NCBI GenBank assembly: GCA_028534125.1
Contig: CM052848.1
Span: 1,674,001-1,738,000 of the forward strand
Length of the DNA stretch: 64,000 nt
Source: Lama glama
Taxonomy: Eukaryota
Direction: 5' to 3'
In this document: positions 26,675 to 40,358 of the stretch, piece by piece
Layout: each line of letters starts with the position of its first letter
Numbering within the stretch: position 1 is the stretch's first letter
The notes under the pieces: generated by a model
The model's database searches: none
Told to the model about the DNA's origin: nothing
The model's input: only the letters and a program-made list of their open reading frames with translations
Program-made: the position numbers and the translations under genes

Positions 26675-29600
26675 TATTGAGAATATTATTTGTAACTAGC
26701 ATATTTTAAAAAATAATTCTGCGTCATCTTTGCTGACACGTGAGGGACCCTGCCTTACTTTGACTGTGGTCGTGGGTCACGTTTCCAGTGGAACGGGAGG
26801 AAGGTTAACATTCACTGACCTCCCGTAGTCGTCATCCTTCCGTTTTTCGCTCTCTACACTTGCCTTCAACTTCAGGAAACCGATGTGCTAAGATGGGGTC
26901 TCCTTTGCTTAGGGCTTGACGTCGTGGGATTAGAGGGGCCCTGAAATCTCTCTGCTGGCCGACTCGCCCACTGCGGGGCTGAGGAGCTAACTGATGGTGA
27001 AGAGCGCGTTCGTCTTGGACGTTCTCGTCTGCACTCCTTGTTCTTTAGAACCCTAACAGGGAAGTGGCGGAGAAGAGGGTCAGCAGTGGCGGCTGGTCTC
27101 TGCCGCCCTGCAGAGCCATGGCGGGAAGCTATACGCTGCAGGGACAAAGAAAGGAAGCCTCATCTTTCTCTCTCGGTGTGGGTGCAGGTGCACGCACACA
27201 CACGCCCTTCCTGGCCACCCTCACGTATTGTTAGAGCTTCCGAAGCGTCCCCCACACACTCACGGTCCCCGGCTCCCTGAAGCGCAGCTCCTTCTTCCTT
27301 GAACTGAATGCCTGATCAGTGGGGTCTCTCTGTAGGTGTTCTGTAGATGACCCTTGTTAGCGAGTCTTTCCAAAAGATAGGGTGCTCGTAAGTAGACGGC
27401 GAGAATCATGACTTCGTCCTGAATATCCAGAACCTGGCGAGTATCTGCCACATAGCAGGTGCTTAATAAATGCTTACTGCATGAATAAACGGATGGGTGA
27501 AATGAGATGTAACTCTTTATCCACTTGACGCACATTTATAGATACAGTCATACCATCAGCCCTACAGACTTAAGGCAGTGCCGACAGCACTGTTGCTCTC
27601 CTGCCTCCGACTCCCCACATTCTCCTCACCCTTAAGACTGCGTGCCACCCTGTGCGACATCTTCCCCTCTCAAGGTTGATGTTCGTTTTAACCTTATTTC
27701 ACTTATTTTTAAAATGTACTTTTGAGTTGGAAGGAAGGAGGGCTGTCTGAGATCCATCAAGACCCTAGCGACAAGCTGTCGATCACACAAGTGAAGAAAG
27801 CTTTGAGGAGCACGTTTTGCCAGTCTGTCTGTCTGAATGTAGGGTTTGGAGTTATCTTAAATCAGTTCTGTTCGTTACCTATTGCTGCATCCTCCCACCG
27901 AACAAATCTATTTTTGTCGGCTGTGTTTTGTGCCAGTTGATACACTGGTGTTGATTTAGACGTGGTCCTTCTGTGAGCTCTCTTAATATTGGAGCCAGAA
28001 CGATGGTGACACAGATGCCTCCTGTCAGTTCAGCAGGGAAGACACATGGCTATAATCACATTGAAGAAACTGCCATTTCTCTGTGATGACTGCAAAATCA
28101 ATGGCAGTTCAGAGAATAAAGCAAAGACTGCCACTTCCACTCTAGAATCTGATCATTCTGGGTTTTTTTCTACCCTCAAACTGGTGAAGAAAATCAGTTT
28201 TCTCCATGGTGTATTTTAAAATAGAGCTGAATTAAGCTGTAGTTTTATTGCAGTGTTTACCACGTTCGCGATACCAATTACTTGGAACATCTTCTTGTTT
28301 TGTTTCTATTTTTGAAATGTTATCGGTAGTTTTCTATCCTTAATCCACTTTTCTCATTATGAGAATTGCTCCTGCGCTTTGTTTAACGAAAAAGACTCCT
28401 TCAGAAGAAGTTAGGTTGACTTGTTACTTTACAGCGTAGCAATTTCAGGCGCAGTTCATTTGTCTGCAGCCTGTAAGATGCAAATTATATGTGCCTTTTT
28501 TTAAATACTTCCTGTTTGCTTTTTTTTTATATTTATATCTAAGCTGGTTGAAATCAGAGGTGCAAGTATTGTCTAGCTGTACTAATGACACTGTACTAAT
28601 GGCAGAGATGCCGTGGGAACTTACAAGTATGTTTGCACCTGAGCATAGTATCAGGACATCCAAACTGGTATAAAAAGGCTTAAATTACATGGACTGACTG
28701 GGGGACAGTCTGTTGTGAATTTGTGAAACCACACAAAAATAGAAGGTTTCTGAAGAAATGTGCTACAAGGGTAAATTGCACATTGAAACTCAGTCAAGAG
28801 ACCTCCTTCTGGCCTAGACTCTGGGGTGCATCGGCTGTGTGACCTTGAGCAAGCCACGTACAGTCCTTGATACTTTTTCTTTTCTCCCCTGAAACTAAGA
28901 GGTTGGGCTCCACCAGTGAGCTCACACTCAGTCTCTTTCAAATGTACGTAGTAATTTAGGTCTTGAAACAGATCCGAGTGGCTTGGTATCAGTTGCTCTC
29001 TGTGTCACCAGTTTGCTTTCACAACATGCCAGAAACCAGATTTGTTCCTCCAGAGGTGATGGGCAGTGCTTTTTTTTTTTAATGTTTACTCTACTCCTTT
29101 GCGTTAACATTTGTAAAAGGCGAGCAGGTCATCCCGACCTGGATGACTAGTGAAGCAGTTTGCAAAAGGAGGCGGAGCCGCTCGCCCATTTCTGTGGGTT
29201 GCCATGTTCGTAGCCTGGCGGCGGCGCTGGTTCTCAGGCAATGGCCGATGGATGCTTGCTTTGTTATTTCCTTTCTCCTTGAAGGATATTTGAAAAAAAA
29301 AACTCCTGAGGTTTATCCTGTCGAAGAGGGGATTTGATTTTTATGTGTGCTTCAGGAGAACGTATGGAAGACTAAAATAGTTGAAGAAAAATATTTTAAC
29401 AATCAGAGCTATCTCAAATTGGCATGGCTTCCTACGGAGCCAGAGGGTTCCTGTCTCAGAGGGCACACCTGGATTTGCATCTGCTAAGATTTAGGCTGCA
29501 TGATGTCCCCAAAGTATTTTTGAAAATTTCCAGAATAAAAGAAGATTTTTAAAAATGAGAGTTTTTGTCTTGATAGTGTTTCCATTTTTTTAATGAAGAC

Positions 29601-32263
29601 ACCTAGGCAGAAAAATAAAATTTTCTGATGGACTGTTAATTGTTAACTTAAATCTTACAACAGTTACTTAGAAACTGACAAAGAAAAACAGTTTTTAAAA
29701 TACTGTACAAATTACTGAATGTTCCTGTATCAATAAAAGATCACTGAAAATTGGAATTTTAAGCCCAAAGCAGAAAACTTTGATAAACTTCACTTCAATT
29801 CTAGGTAGGAGTTTGGCTCTGCACTCACCCAGTTGTAGGTTTGTATCTTATTTCTGCCCTTTTCCATCCTTCATGAATTTGGATGTTCATTCCTCAGCCT
29901 ACCACCAGTTTCCTAGTCTGCCTTTTTTTACACAGTATCTTAATTAGCAAGAGGAAACCAAGGTGTCCTCTGTGTTTGCATGTTGAGACGGTGAGCCGTC
30001 TCATTCAGAGTTAGATGACAGCGTTTTTGACGATCATATTATCTCTGCTGTCCAGTCTAGGTTCCAGTTGTGACAGTTTTTCTTTGCTCAACACATTAAA
30101 AGGTTTTCGAAATCACATTTTAACTACCAGGTGCCATGTTCTCAGTCTGCTCACATTTCAGTGGGCTTTGATTTGTAGTCATGGTTGTACTAGAATAAAG
30201 ATGCTGATCAATAGAAGCATTTATTGACTTACAAATATAAAGAGTCAATGGTCTGCTTTTGATAGAAAGACTTGCCTTGCAGATACAGGGGTTATTGAAA
30301 TTTTGAATTTATAGAAAAGATAGTTTACTGAGTGCTTATTTGCTTTACAAGCTAACTAGTTATTTCAGAAACACTTTCACTGCACAGTGCAATTTACATG
30401 TTCATCAATTTGTTTTCTCTTTATCTTTATATACGTATTAAGTGACGCTGGATTCAGCATTGATCCTCTGCACTCCATTTTTCTTTTAGGCTTAGCCATC
30501 ACTGTTTACTGTTCCCAAGTTTATGGTTTTCTGCTGCCTTTGAGCAAGGCAGTAATTACCATTGTACGCAGTGTGGCTCTTGCTGCGTTTAACAGGTCCT
30601 TGCCAGGGTCCCGAGACCTTTGCATAAGAACCAGAACCAGCGCCAGTTTGAAAAGCCAAGCACCAGCACCATTTTGGGGGAGGGCTGGGTGTACATTCTG
30701 CCTTAGAGCAATATGCTTTTTATTAGGCAAATGTTTTCTTGCTTCTACATTATTATGTACACAAGCACTGAAGTCAACCACAAAATGGACTTCCAAACCT
30801 TTGACCAGGAGTTCTCCCACCATTATTGTCATGTTGGAGAGGATCTCGGTGACAGTGGTAGCGGTGGTGGTAATGGTGATGACGGGTGGAGCCCATTTAC
30901 TCGTAAGGTCTTGTGCTGGGCACCTTGAGTGGATTACCTTTCATTCACTTTAGCCCTAGTGACAGTCTGCCAGGTAGCCATCGCTGTGTTCACCCCTCTT
31001 TTACACTTGCGGGGACTGAAACACGGAAGTTAAATAATCACCGGTCTCTCATATCTCATAACAGTTGGGGAGGAGTCGGGATGTGATCCGTGGTGTCTGT
31101 GACTTTGAAGGTGTAACTGCTCTGTTAACCCATGGGTTGATGTGTGTAACGCTTTTAGAAGCACACTTACGTAAGAAACCTTCATACAGAAGCACTGTGT
31201 ATACCTGTTAACTATCACTGGTTCCCCTAAGGCACTTATTTGGAGCTGTTTCTTTCCAGCAGGTGGTGGTGGCTTGAGAGGATCAAAGGCTTGATCACAG
31301 AAGCCCGGCTCTGAGCTTAAGTCTGTGGCCAAGTTAACGAGCTTGAACACAAGCGTATGTACAAGAGCCAGGTGGCTCTGTTGTCCTCTCTTCCCTGCCC
31401 CCTCCCCTCTCCGGCACATGCACGCTGGTTCTTAGCTGAACATTTCAGTCTTATAGAAAAAGCAGCTCCCTGGGGAAGTAGCTGGTTCTGTTCTGATAAA
31501 CCCGCTTATCATTTTGTAATATAGGTTTCCGTTTTATTTTGGTAATCCTAAAACTACAGGGATATCAAGACGCATTACAGTTAGAGCTGACTTCAGATTG
31601 CCTTTTTCCCTGGGAATCTTTAATACCATGAAATCATTGGTTATCTGCTTCAACTGAGCTTTTAGTTTGAATTTAAATTGGATTACATTGTCTCCTGTTT
31701 ATTTTAGGATAATCTCAGAACGTGGCATGAGATTTCCACTGGCAGAGGCACACCTGCTAAAGTGGACCTGCCTCTGTCCCTGCCTCATCCTCCTCCTCAT
31801 CCTCCTCCTCCTGGGCGTCTCCTGAGCCCCCTCCAGGAGTGCCCGCTGTGGCCCCCATGCTGAATAGCTCCACCTGCGAGCCCTGTGCTGTCGTATGTCC
31901 TCCACGGGCCTTGAAGCAGTACTGCTGACCGGGTAGTCAGCATCTGGGTGACGTGCCATCATGCGCCCCCCCCCCCCCCGTATGAAAACCTGATGCTGAA
32001 AATCAGTTTGATGAAGTGTGGTTTCCCCACGAGGTGGAGGGGGCGCGACTGGGCTTCCTCTTAGGGCCCCTTTCCCCCTCTGAGAACAGCCCTACCCGGG
32101 GAGCCCGCTCTTCCTCACGAGACATGGCGCACCCCAACTCGGCCTGAAGAATTTGGGGTCAACCACGTGCCTCCCTAGGTTTACCTACAGAAGAACTCCC
32201 CCCCCCCCGCCTTGAGTCAGTGGATCCGTGCCAATAGCAGCTGATTTACCTGTTAACACTGTA

Positions 32264-32781
32264 CGTTACCAGGTTTTAAGCTCACTCCGCTCGCCACAGG
32301 ACAGGCCAGTAAATCAGGAGACGGGGTGTTGGGGCAAGGAATAGCGACTTTATCTGGAAAGCTGGCAGACAGAGAAGATGGGGGACTAATGTCCTGGAGA
32401 ACCATCTCCCCCCCAGTTAGAGTTCTTGCTCTTTTTATACTGAAAAGGGAAGAAGATGTGCTTGTTACAAACTTCTCGGTGTTGGAATCCTTTGTTCTTG
32501 CCGCCGTCCACGTGGGTCAGGTCACGGTGTCCCTGTAAACCTCCAGTGAAACATGTTATTTTCTATTCTGCAACTTTTTATCTCTATATGGATGCAGAAG
32601 TGTTATGCCCTAAAAAGGTCAGAGCCTTGAGAACAGGCTCTCCTGTGTATGTCAGGCTCTAGGCAACATTTCGTTTACAGAAGGTGCAGAACCAGCGAGA
32701 CGAAGCCCAGGAAACAGGGCGCAGGGTTAGGGCCAAAGGAACAGATCTAACACGCAGTCAGACTGGTTCTCCTCTGTTACC
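32264..32781 (-). mobile_element. ERV1-like solo LTR (family copy A)
   Basis: Aligns over its full length with 40359-40893, roughly 80% by eye. Termini are decayed TG...CA (cgttacc...tgttacc). Confidence 0.8.
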
Positions 32782-33496
32782 CGTGTACGAGTGCATCCAT
32801 TCTTTATCTGTGTGGCCCTCTCAGTGTTTCGTCAGACTCATCTTGGTGTGAAAGGTCCTCTCTCGCCGCGCTCCACAGGGTGAGGACGAGGTGGCTTCCC
32901 CGCACCGCACAGGCGTCTGCTGCTGGGTCTTCTCTGGGAGCTGGGGGGTGGCAGAGGGGAGGCTGGGTAAGCCTGTGGCACGGGTGGGACCCTTGGGTTG
33001 AACATGTGTCTCCTAACTGCCAGCCTCTGCCTTAAAGTTTATTTACTCCTCCAGGGATGCGCATCTTGAGAATTCACCGCGGTGCCAGTCCAAAGATGAA
33101 TTTTAAAATTTCTCCCAGGCTGTCTGTTGCCGTGTATGGAGCTGTTCACTCCTGGGCGTGAAGGCAAAGCTGGCCGGCATGTAACGTGCTTACCATAGAT
33201 GGTGGCCGCTCTGAAAATCCAACAGCACGATGTGTTTCCATACACAGCCGCCCTTCCTAAGTGTAGAAAGGATCACTGTTAGGGTTTAAGTAACTCTTCA
33301 CACGGAGGGAATTGCATTATATTGTGATCTGCCTGGAAAATGGTGAGAAGTTTTTTTTTTTCTTTTAATTTTCCCTTGGATCTTAGGATAATTTACAGGA
33401 GGCACAGATTTGTAGTGATGTAACTGACTTTATTTAAGTGGACTTGGTTTTGATGAATAGATGAGAAGTTGTCACTTGATACATGAAGTCTTGAAT

Positions 33497-33937
33497 GAAT
33501 TGTGTCTCCCTGAATTAAGTAGCCGGTCCGATTAACTCTGCACGTCAGGTGTATGGGAGCTGTGTGTGCTCCGCAGTGTGAAGCTTCCTTACGCTTTTCC
33601 CTGGTCCTCTGCCCCCCACCCCCCGTGGCTGTCCACCCCGTTGATAAGAGGCCAGCCTCTGTGGTTAACGAGCTCTCTCTGTTTCCCACTCCGGGATCCC
33701 TTTGGGCAAATGTGCACCTGCCTTTTGTGTTGTGTCCATACCCTCCATCCTGAGTTCCATACCTGATCAACCCCAGATCCGCGCATCTCAATAATGCCCC
33801 CTTCCCCTCTGTACCCTGGTCCACGTCCTCACGACTGCCATCTCTGATAGTAACCACGTTTGCCTGTTTTCTCGCTCTAGTCTTGTCCTTTCCGGTTTGT
33901 TTTATGTAATGCGGCCAAAATAAAAACCTGTTAGTCA
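33497..33937 (+). mobile_element. Possible LTR-like element
   Basis: About 440 bp bounded by TG...CA with AATAAA just before the end (aaaataaaaacctgttagtca). Family not recognised. Confidence 0.3.
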
Positions 33938-34979
33938 TCTCCCTCCCTGCTGAGGACACGGTCCGAATCTCCTCCACAGGGTCCCGGCCCCAGCGCCTCT
34001 TCCCCACGCCCCTCCCTGGCTGTGACCTCCCAGTGGCGCCAGCTCCCTGCCCGCCTCGGCGCCCGGCGCCCAGCTCTAGAGCCGCGTGGTGTTCCCGCCG
34101 CCCTGGGCGCCTTTCCCACCTCTGTCTTCCTGGTGGACGCCGTTTGGTTTTTCAAAGCCCATCAGTGTTGACAGCTTCCCGCCAGCCTCACACTAAATGA
34201 GTAAATCACTTCCTTCTCTCCTTCGCCTGCAATTCTTAATCCTGTGTCCATTTTGGCGCATAATCACCGCATGATGAGTGCGTGTTTACTATGTGTTTCC
34301 TCTTTAGGTTGTGAACTCTCTGAGGCCTCTGAGGTCAGGGCGTTCTAGTCACCTTCTGTGACTCTTTGCAAAATTGAAATCTTTGCGATTCCAGAGCCTC
34401 GGTAGAGACTCTGACACCAGTATGTGCTTAATAAGCGTTGGTTGAATCGGTTCGGCTGTCTTGTAAATACCCTCTATTATTACACTGGAGAACAGCTCCC
34501 TAGCAGTGTTACCAGACCTGGAGTAGCTCCAGTCTGTTGCTGCCTGATTAGCTCAATTAAGAGTGCAGTGTTATGCGGCCAAGGGCTTGCGTTGCATCCC
34601 CTGTGGAGCAGTTACCTTCTTTCTTGAACCATCAGAAACCAGCTAGCCTAGTGAGCATCACTGGTTCCCAGCGACACGCAGAGTGAGGATGATTAAGGTC
34701 GGGCAAATTCAGCTCAACTCTTGGACAGGCTGAACTCAGCGTGCCCCTTATCGATGCTAAGAGCATCACTTCATGCCTCGTGTTGACCCCTGCACCTGTC
34801 TGTGTGCACTGATGCACCTGACCGGAAGGGTTCTGCTGCCCTGAGGGAGCCGGAAGCACCCCCCACCCCGTCATGGAGGTTTCGCAGTGAGAGCAGCAGT
34901 CACCCGGCCACGGGTCTTTGCGGTCGCCAGCCTCCGAGCCTCCCGTCTACCCACGTGCGTCTCCCTGTCTGTCTTCCAG

Positions 34980-35146
34980 GTGAGACCATGCGCATCGCCT
35001 CGTCGGAGTTTGCGGACGACCCGTGCTCATCCGTGAAGCGTGGCACCATGGTGCGGGCGGCCAGGGCCCTGCTCTCGGCGGTCACGCGCCTGCTCATCCT
35101 GGCGGACATGGCGGACGTCATGAGGCTCTTGTCGCATCTGAAAATT
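34980..35146 (+). CDS. CTNNA2: CTNNA2 (alpha-N-catenin) internal coding exon, 167 nt, phase 1 to phase 0 (probably exon 4)
   Basis: Acceptor ctccctgtctgtcttccag| and donor ATT|gtacgt. Translates (G)ETMRIASSEFADDPCSSVKRGTMVRAARALLSAVTRLLILADMADVMRLLSHLKI, which I recognise as the alpha-N-catenin N-terminal vinculin-homology region. Confidence 0.97.
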
Positions 35147-35919
35147 GTACGTATGTAGAAACTTACCAAAACCTGCTTTGCCGGGGCGCCAACATTGGCC
35201 ATGGGTGTGACATCACTGATTGCTACTGGAGACGTTTCGCTGCTCACCAGATCGCTTGGCTACTCACCCGAGGGGTGTCCCCCAGTTTTTCTAATACCAA
35301 CATGGTATCTAATGATTTGCTTTAAAAAGTCAGAAGATTCCCTGAAATTGTTTTCTTCCTCTCAGAATGGAGTCTGGATTCCTCTCTACTCCCTGGAGTG
35401 CAGAACAGTGCTTCTGTCAGGCTGCAGAGGGCCCGCGTGGTGCACCTGCCCTGCCTTGTCCTGAGACTCGGGGCAGTGCTGGCCCGTGCGGTGACCCGGC
35501 TCGTCTGGGGAGCTGGCCGCGCTGACCGCCTCTGCCCACCTTGACGTAGATCCCGCGCAGAATTACATTTTATTAACCGTCCCAGCCTCGCCCTTTTGTA
35601 GAATTATGTGCTTTGAACCTTCCTTAGTCTGGCAGCAAAGAGCAGCCGTGCCCGCAGCACTGATGACAAGGCTCAGTCTTGTTGCACCAGGCCCGCTCTG
35701 GGTCTCTGGGCGCGTGTGGGACCCACCGGCCCCTAGGGCCCCTCTGTGTGTGCTCTGCTTGTCAGGGTGCCTTGATTCCTTTTTCTCCTTTTGATTCTTG
35801 AGGTTTCATTTATCTAAATTTAAAATATTGTATTAGATACAGTTTGAGAAACCATGGAGTTTGGTTCCTTCTAACGCCTTTGTTTCCTTTTTAAAACTTT
35901 GATTTAATTTTAGTTTAGT

Positions 35920-36195
35920 TTAGTTTTATTGAAATAAAATCAGTTTCTGGTGTGCAGCATAATGTTGCAGTCATGCGTATACATATATTCGTTTTCATAT
36001 TCTTTTTGTTTTTGTTTTTGTTTTTACTGAGTTTACAATGTTGTGTCAATTTCTGGTGCACAGCACAATTTTTCAGTCATACATTAATATACATACATTC
36101 ATTTTCATATTCTTTTTCACCATGAGCTACTAAAAGATCTTGAATATATTCCCCTGTGCTGTGCAGTATACACTTGTCTATCTGTTTTATTATAT
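35920..36195 (-). mobile_element. Two tandem or nested L1 3'-end fragments
   Basis: The block (ca/g)tttctggtg..cagca..at...cagtcat...ttttcatattcttttt occurs twice (about 35941-36007 and 36048-36117), separated by (GTTTTT)n. Confidence 0.8.
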
Positions 36196-39117
36196 ACCAG
36201 TCAGTACCCCTGCCCGTGCTACGATTCGTCTTGGTTTGGTGTCCCCTGGCCAGCACCCCCAGCCCACCGCCCAGAGCGTCTCAGACGGCAGCTCACCTGT
36301 TACTGTGGGGCTCATGACAGGTTTAGACGGGGGAACCCTAGGAAGCGTTCATCGCGCAGCCCTGCCCCTAATGCGCACCTGTCAGCCGCAGGTGGCTTCC
36401 TGCTCGCGTGTGTTGGGGAAAAAAGCTTGGGTACCTTTCTCTCACGGCCTGCTGAGTCTTCAGAGGCATCATTTTCAGGAAGCTCTTCCCGCAGATGGAA
36501 ACCTTCCTCTACCAGGAGGAGAGCAGGGCTGAGCCTCAGGAAGCGAACTTCCCGCCTTGCGTGTTCTTGCTGCCGGGGCCCTGGAAGCGTGTTCAGCGCC
36601 CCCTGGGCAGTGAGGAAGGCCCGTGTTCCCCGGGACGGCCCACGCACGGCGGGTGCCGCTGGCATCTGGGCCCTGAGGTGGTGCGTGGCGCCGGGCCCTG
36701 CCTCTCCACCCGCCTGTTTCCACCAGTGCTGTGGGCTGGTCCCATCCCCGCAGCGCGTCCTAGTGTGGCCTCGAGGGTGTGTGCATTCTCTTCCCGACAC
36801 GGCAGATTAAGGGAATTAAAAAAAAACGGATTTAGCACAAAATATAGAAGGGTCAGCCCAGCAATATTAAGTAGTCCTGTCAGACTGTGAGTAACGTTAA
36901 AAATGATCGCAGACTGAGTAACACATCTGTTCTTAGAGCGCAGCCGGCGCAGGGAGCAGCGGTGGTGGACGGCCGCCCTCTCGTGGAGGAAATGGGGAAC
37001 TGCGGTTTCCGGTGCTGTCGCTGGGTGACTCGAGGGGTGGCCTGGGTCACACTTGGGTTCAGGTCGCTCAGGGTTTCATAGGATGGGACTATTGCAATCC
37101 CCCCACCCTGCAAAGACAATGTATCAACAATTTTGTGCAAATCAACATGGTATGTGATTCGACTTAGCTGCATTTTTACTCTTTTCCATGGAAGCACATG
37201 CTCTCTTATACAAACAGGTGTTTTTTTCGGCATCTGTTTGTGTTTTTAACTCAAGATGAAGGAAGAAATCTTTATGTATTCTGATAAATCAGGTTAGAAA
37301 TTATCCCCTAGACTTTTATCAAGGCTTCTTCCAAATGATGAAAGCGTTGCTTCACCACATGGGTGACAGAACGTAAATGAGAAAGAGCGACAGGCGCTTT
37401 CAGACGTTAATAAAGTCGCGACTTGATTTCCTGTTGGGTTGGAGCGTTGTTTCATATCCTGTCCAGTTTTGTGGTTTCCTGCCGTGTCAACCGCTATGTA
37501 GCTGTTTTACCTTTAAGCGTTAAAAGATGATATCTTACTTTTCATCTTTCAGGCTGTCTGCCAAGATCTCACTGCTCTTCTTTGCAGATACTGACTTTTC
37601 TCATTTCTGAGTCATTTACAGGAACACAGAGGGAGTGACCTTCTTATCAGAGACTTATTTTCTTGCTTTTCCATCAATAATTCACCAAGTAGATGAAGGA
37701 GAGTCATTTTGTTCTCCTAAGATACCCGCCTTCGTTTTTGGCCCTGTCCCCTCTAGGTAGTTGTTGGCAAAGTGAGGGACTGTGAGCAAGTATCATCCAG
37801 CCTCTAAAAACGCGTGAACAGCTGGGAGTCCTGCAGACACGGAATGGTTTGGTAGCATATTGGTGTTTGCATGTTTGCATTCTCCGACCTTAGAATTATG
37901 TTTGTAAACTTGAGTTTATAGGACTCTGAAGAGTCCGTCCTTTCCCACAGATCCTCGAGTTGCTCGTTTAAGCTCCGCGTTATGCAGGGTTTCGTGCGCG
38001 CTTTGCTGTTGAGCTCCCTGTTGAATGTGTCATATTATGGATTCCGATGACTGCAAGGGGTTTTTGCTGCTGTAGCTACTTTGCATTCAGGAGGACGGTG
38101 ATGGAATAGTGAGTGACATGTAGTTCAAAGCCGACTTATCATCAGAGTGGGAATTGGATGTTCCTGAGCGAAGCTGAAGGAGGCGTTTGCACATCAGACA
38201 TCATTAAGAGCTCCTGAATTGCAATCACTCGCGTTGTTGAAGTCGCTGGTGACGCCTCCCTGCTGACACCTGGCGTTTCCTGCAATCAGGTGACGTTGTC
38301 AGTGTGTTAGGCTGAGACGGGACACCTCGCACGTGTAAAGGAATCCTGCCTTTCAGCCCGCGATCAGGGAGGGCGATGTTTATTTCCCCTGTGCTCTGAA
38401 TTAATGTAATCAGATTGCATTGTCGTTCCTTCGCGCTGGCGACGGCATCACACACACGCGCACCTGACCTCTGTGTGCCAGGGAAGCGGTCCCTCTCTTC
38501 CTGTGCCCAGGCTAAGTCCTGGAATGATGGTGTTCTCGATTTCCTCAGCATTTCTCTCTGGAAAGTCAGTAACAAAATAAAAACCACAACCCTTTAGTCA
38601 GCGTCTCGGGAAATTCTGATTGTTTTCGAGGCTACCAGGGGCCAAATCTAACACTGCCGCCCCAGTGTCTGGAGGGTGAGTCTAATACTAATATTTTTGT
38701 GACGCTGGCATCACAAAGCCTAGTGAGTCCTCTGTGGCGCGACTTCTAAGTCGTCTGCTGTTCAGCCCTGCAGCTCTGACGTGGCTCTTACGTTTGAATA
38801 ACAGCCATCAATTGGTATAAAATACCCTTGCCTCTGATTATAAAGGGAGAAATTACTACCGGGGTTCTTTTTGTCAGACCGATCGTGGCATTTACTTCAT
38901 GAGCTGGGCTGTTTGGAATTTATCTATTAGTTGTTCTTTCAAGAGGCAACTTACTGGATGCCTCCTACGTGCAAGACGTGGTGCCAAGATATACGTAACC
39001 TCCAGGGTAAACAAGACTCAGCTCCTGCCTTTGAAATTTTATAGGCTTTCAGGGGAGACATTAAACGCAATGCACGTTGGCACAGTGTGCATACTGCTGT
39101 GGGAGGAAAACATAATC

Positions 39118-39610
39118 ATCAGGACGTTTTCTGTTTTAAATAACAGAAACCCAGCTTTTCAAAAAGGGAATATGTTAGCTCATCAACTGAAAGTCCAGAA
39201 CGAATGAACTTCAGGCAAGGCTTGATCAAGGTATAAAAATGTGACAAGGACCAGGTTTCTCTCTTTTTCCTCTGTGGGCCCTCTTCTCATCTTCTCAAGG
39301 TGAGGCCTGCTAAGCCTTCTCAAGGTACATGCTTCTAGACTAAAGACAGCGAGAAAGAAGAAATTCTGCTCCCTGACAACACAAATGAAAGTTCCACAAT
39401 CTTGTTAGTCCTCCTGGCTTCTACCTAAGTACAAGTCTCTGAGTTAATTATTTAGAGGAAGAATGAGATGTGCTGATGTCTCGGTTTGGTCAGCACTGTT
39501 CCTCTCCCCCACTAGCCCCCAAGCTGAAGATGGGATCAGTTCACCCCAACTGTACTGCTGGGTGACGCAGGGTAGTGTGAAGGAGGGTGATGTGGCTGGG
39601 CACGGGAGGG
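39118..39610. mobile_element. MLT1 (J/K/L-like) MaLR LTR relic
   Basis: tcaggacgttttctgttttaaataacagaaaccca...ttagctcatcaactgaaagtccaga...acttcaggcaaggcttgatc. Confidence 0.55.
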
Positions 39611-40358
39611 CTCGGGGATGGGTCTCATTGGACTGAATGAGGCTTGTCTTTCCCTGAGCTAATTGCTTGGACCAGATTGAACAGGCTGGGGTGACAAGCC
39701 TGAAGCTGGGGGCTGAGAGTGGAGGGTGATTGGAAGGAGGTCGGCCCATCCAAAGGGCTGGGGGGAGGTACCACTCTGTCCAACAGTGAGAGCAAAACTA
39801 CACGGTAATCTGAGCAGGGAAAGTGTAATGTAAAGACTCATTAAGTCAAACAGCAGATGAGAGGAACGAGGGATTAGCTAGCAAGAAGTAAAGAGCGTGC
39901 TAAAGAGTGCAGGGGTGACAGAGGGGCAGCCGTCACCCCGGGCTGAGAGGGAACACGCCAGGGTGAGCCCCCGCCAGACCAGGACCAGGACCCAGGCGTT
40001 CCTAGTCCCCTGGGTGACGTGGACGTCGCCAGGTGCCACACAAGCTAATGGAACTTTCTGGAAATCTCCCTCTGGGGCTCATGGAGAGGTGTCTCATGGA
40101 AGGCGCTCCACTACAAGATCACCCTCGCTGAGGGACGCCGCTGGCCGCCGGCGTTGGAAAAACAATATTTGAAGTGCCAGCCGTGTCTCCACAGGGCAGG
40201 TGGAGAGCAGGTGTTTGCATTTGATAAGCAGCTGGTGGGGTGGGGGTTTACTGCTCACGGCCGGGGCGCTCTTGCCATAGGATGGATTCGGGGGGTGGGG
40301 GCAGAGGGTTCACCTACAGAGAGCTTCACAAACCGAGGGAAGAACGAGGGTGTGAGGT

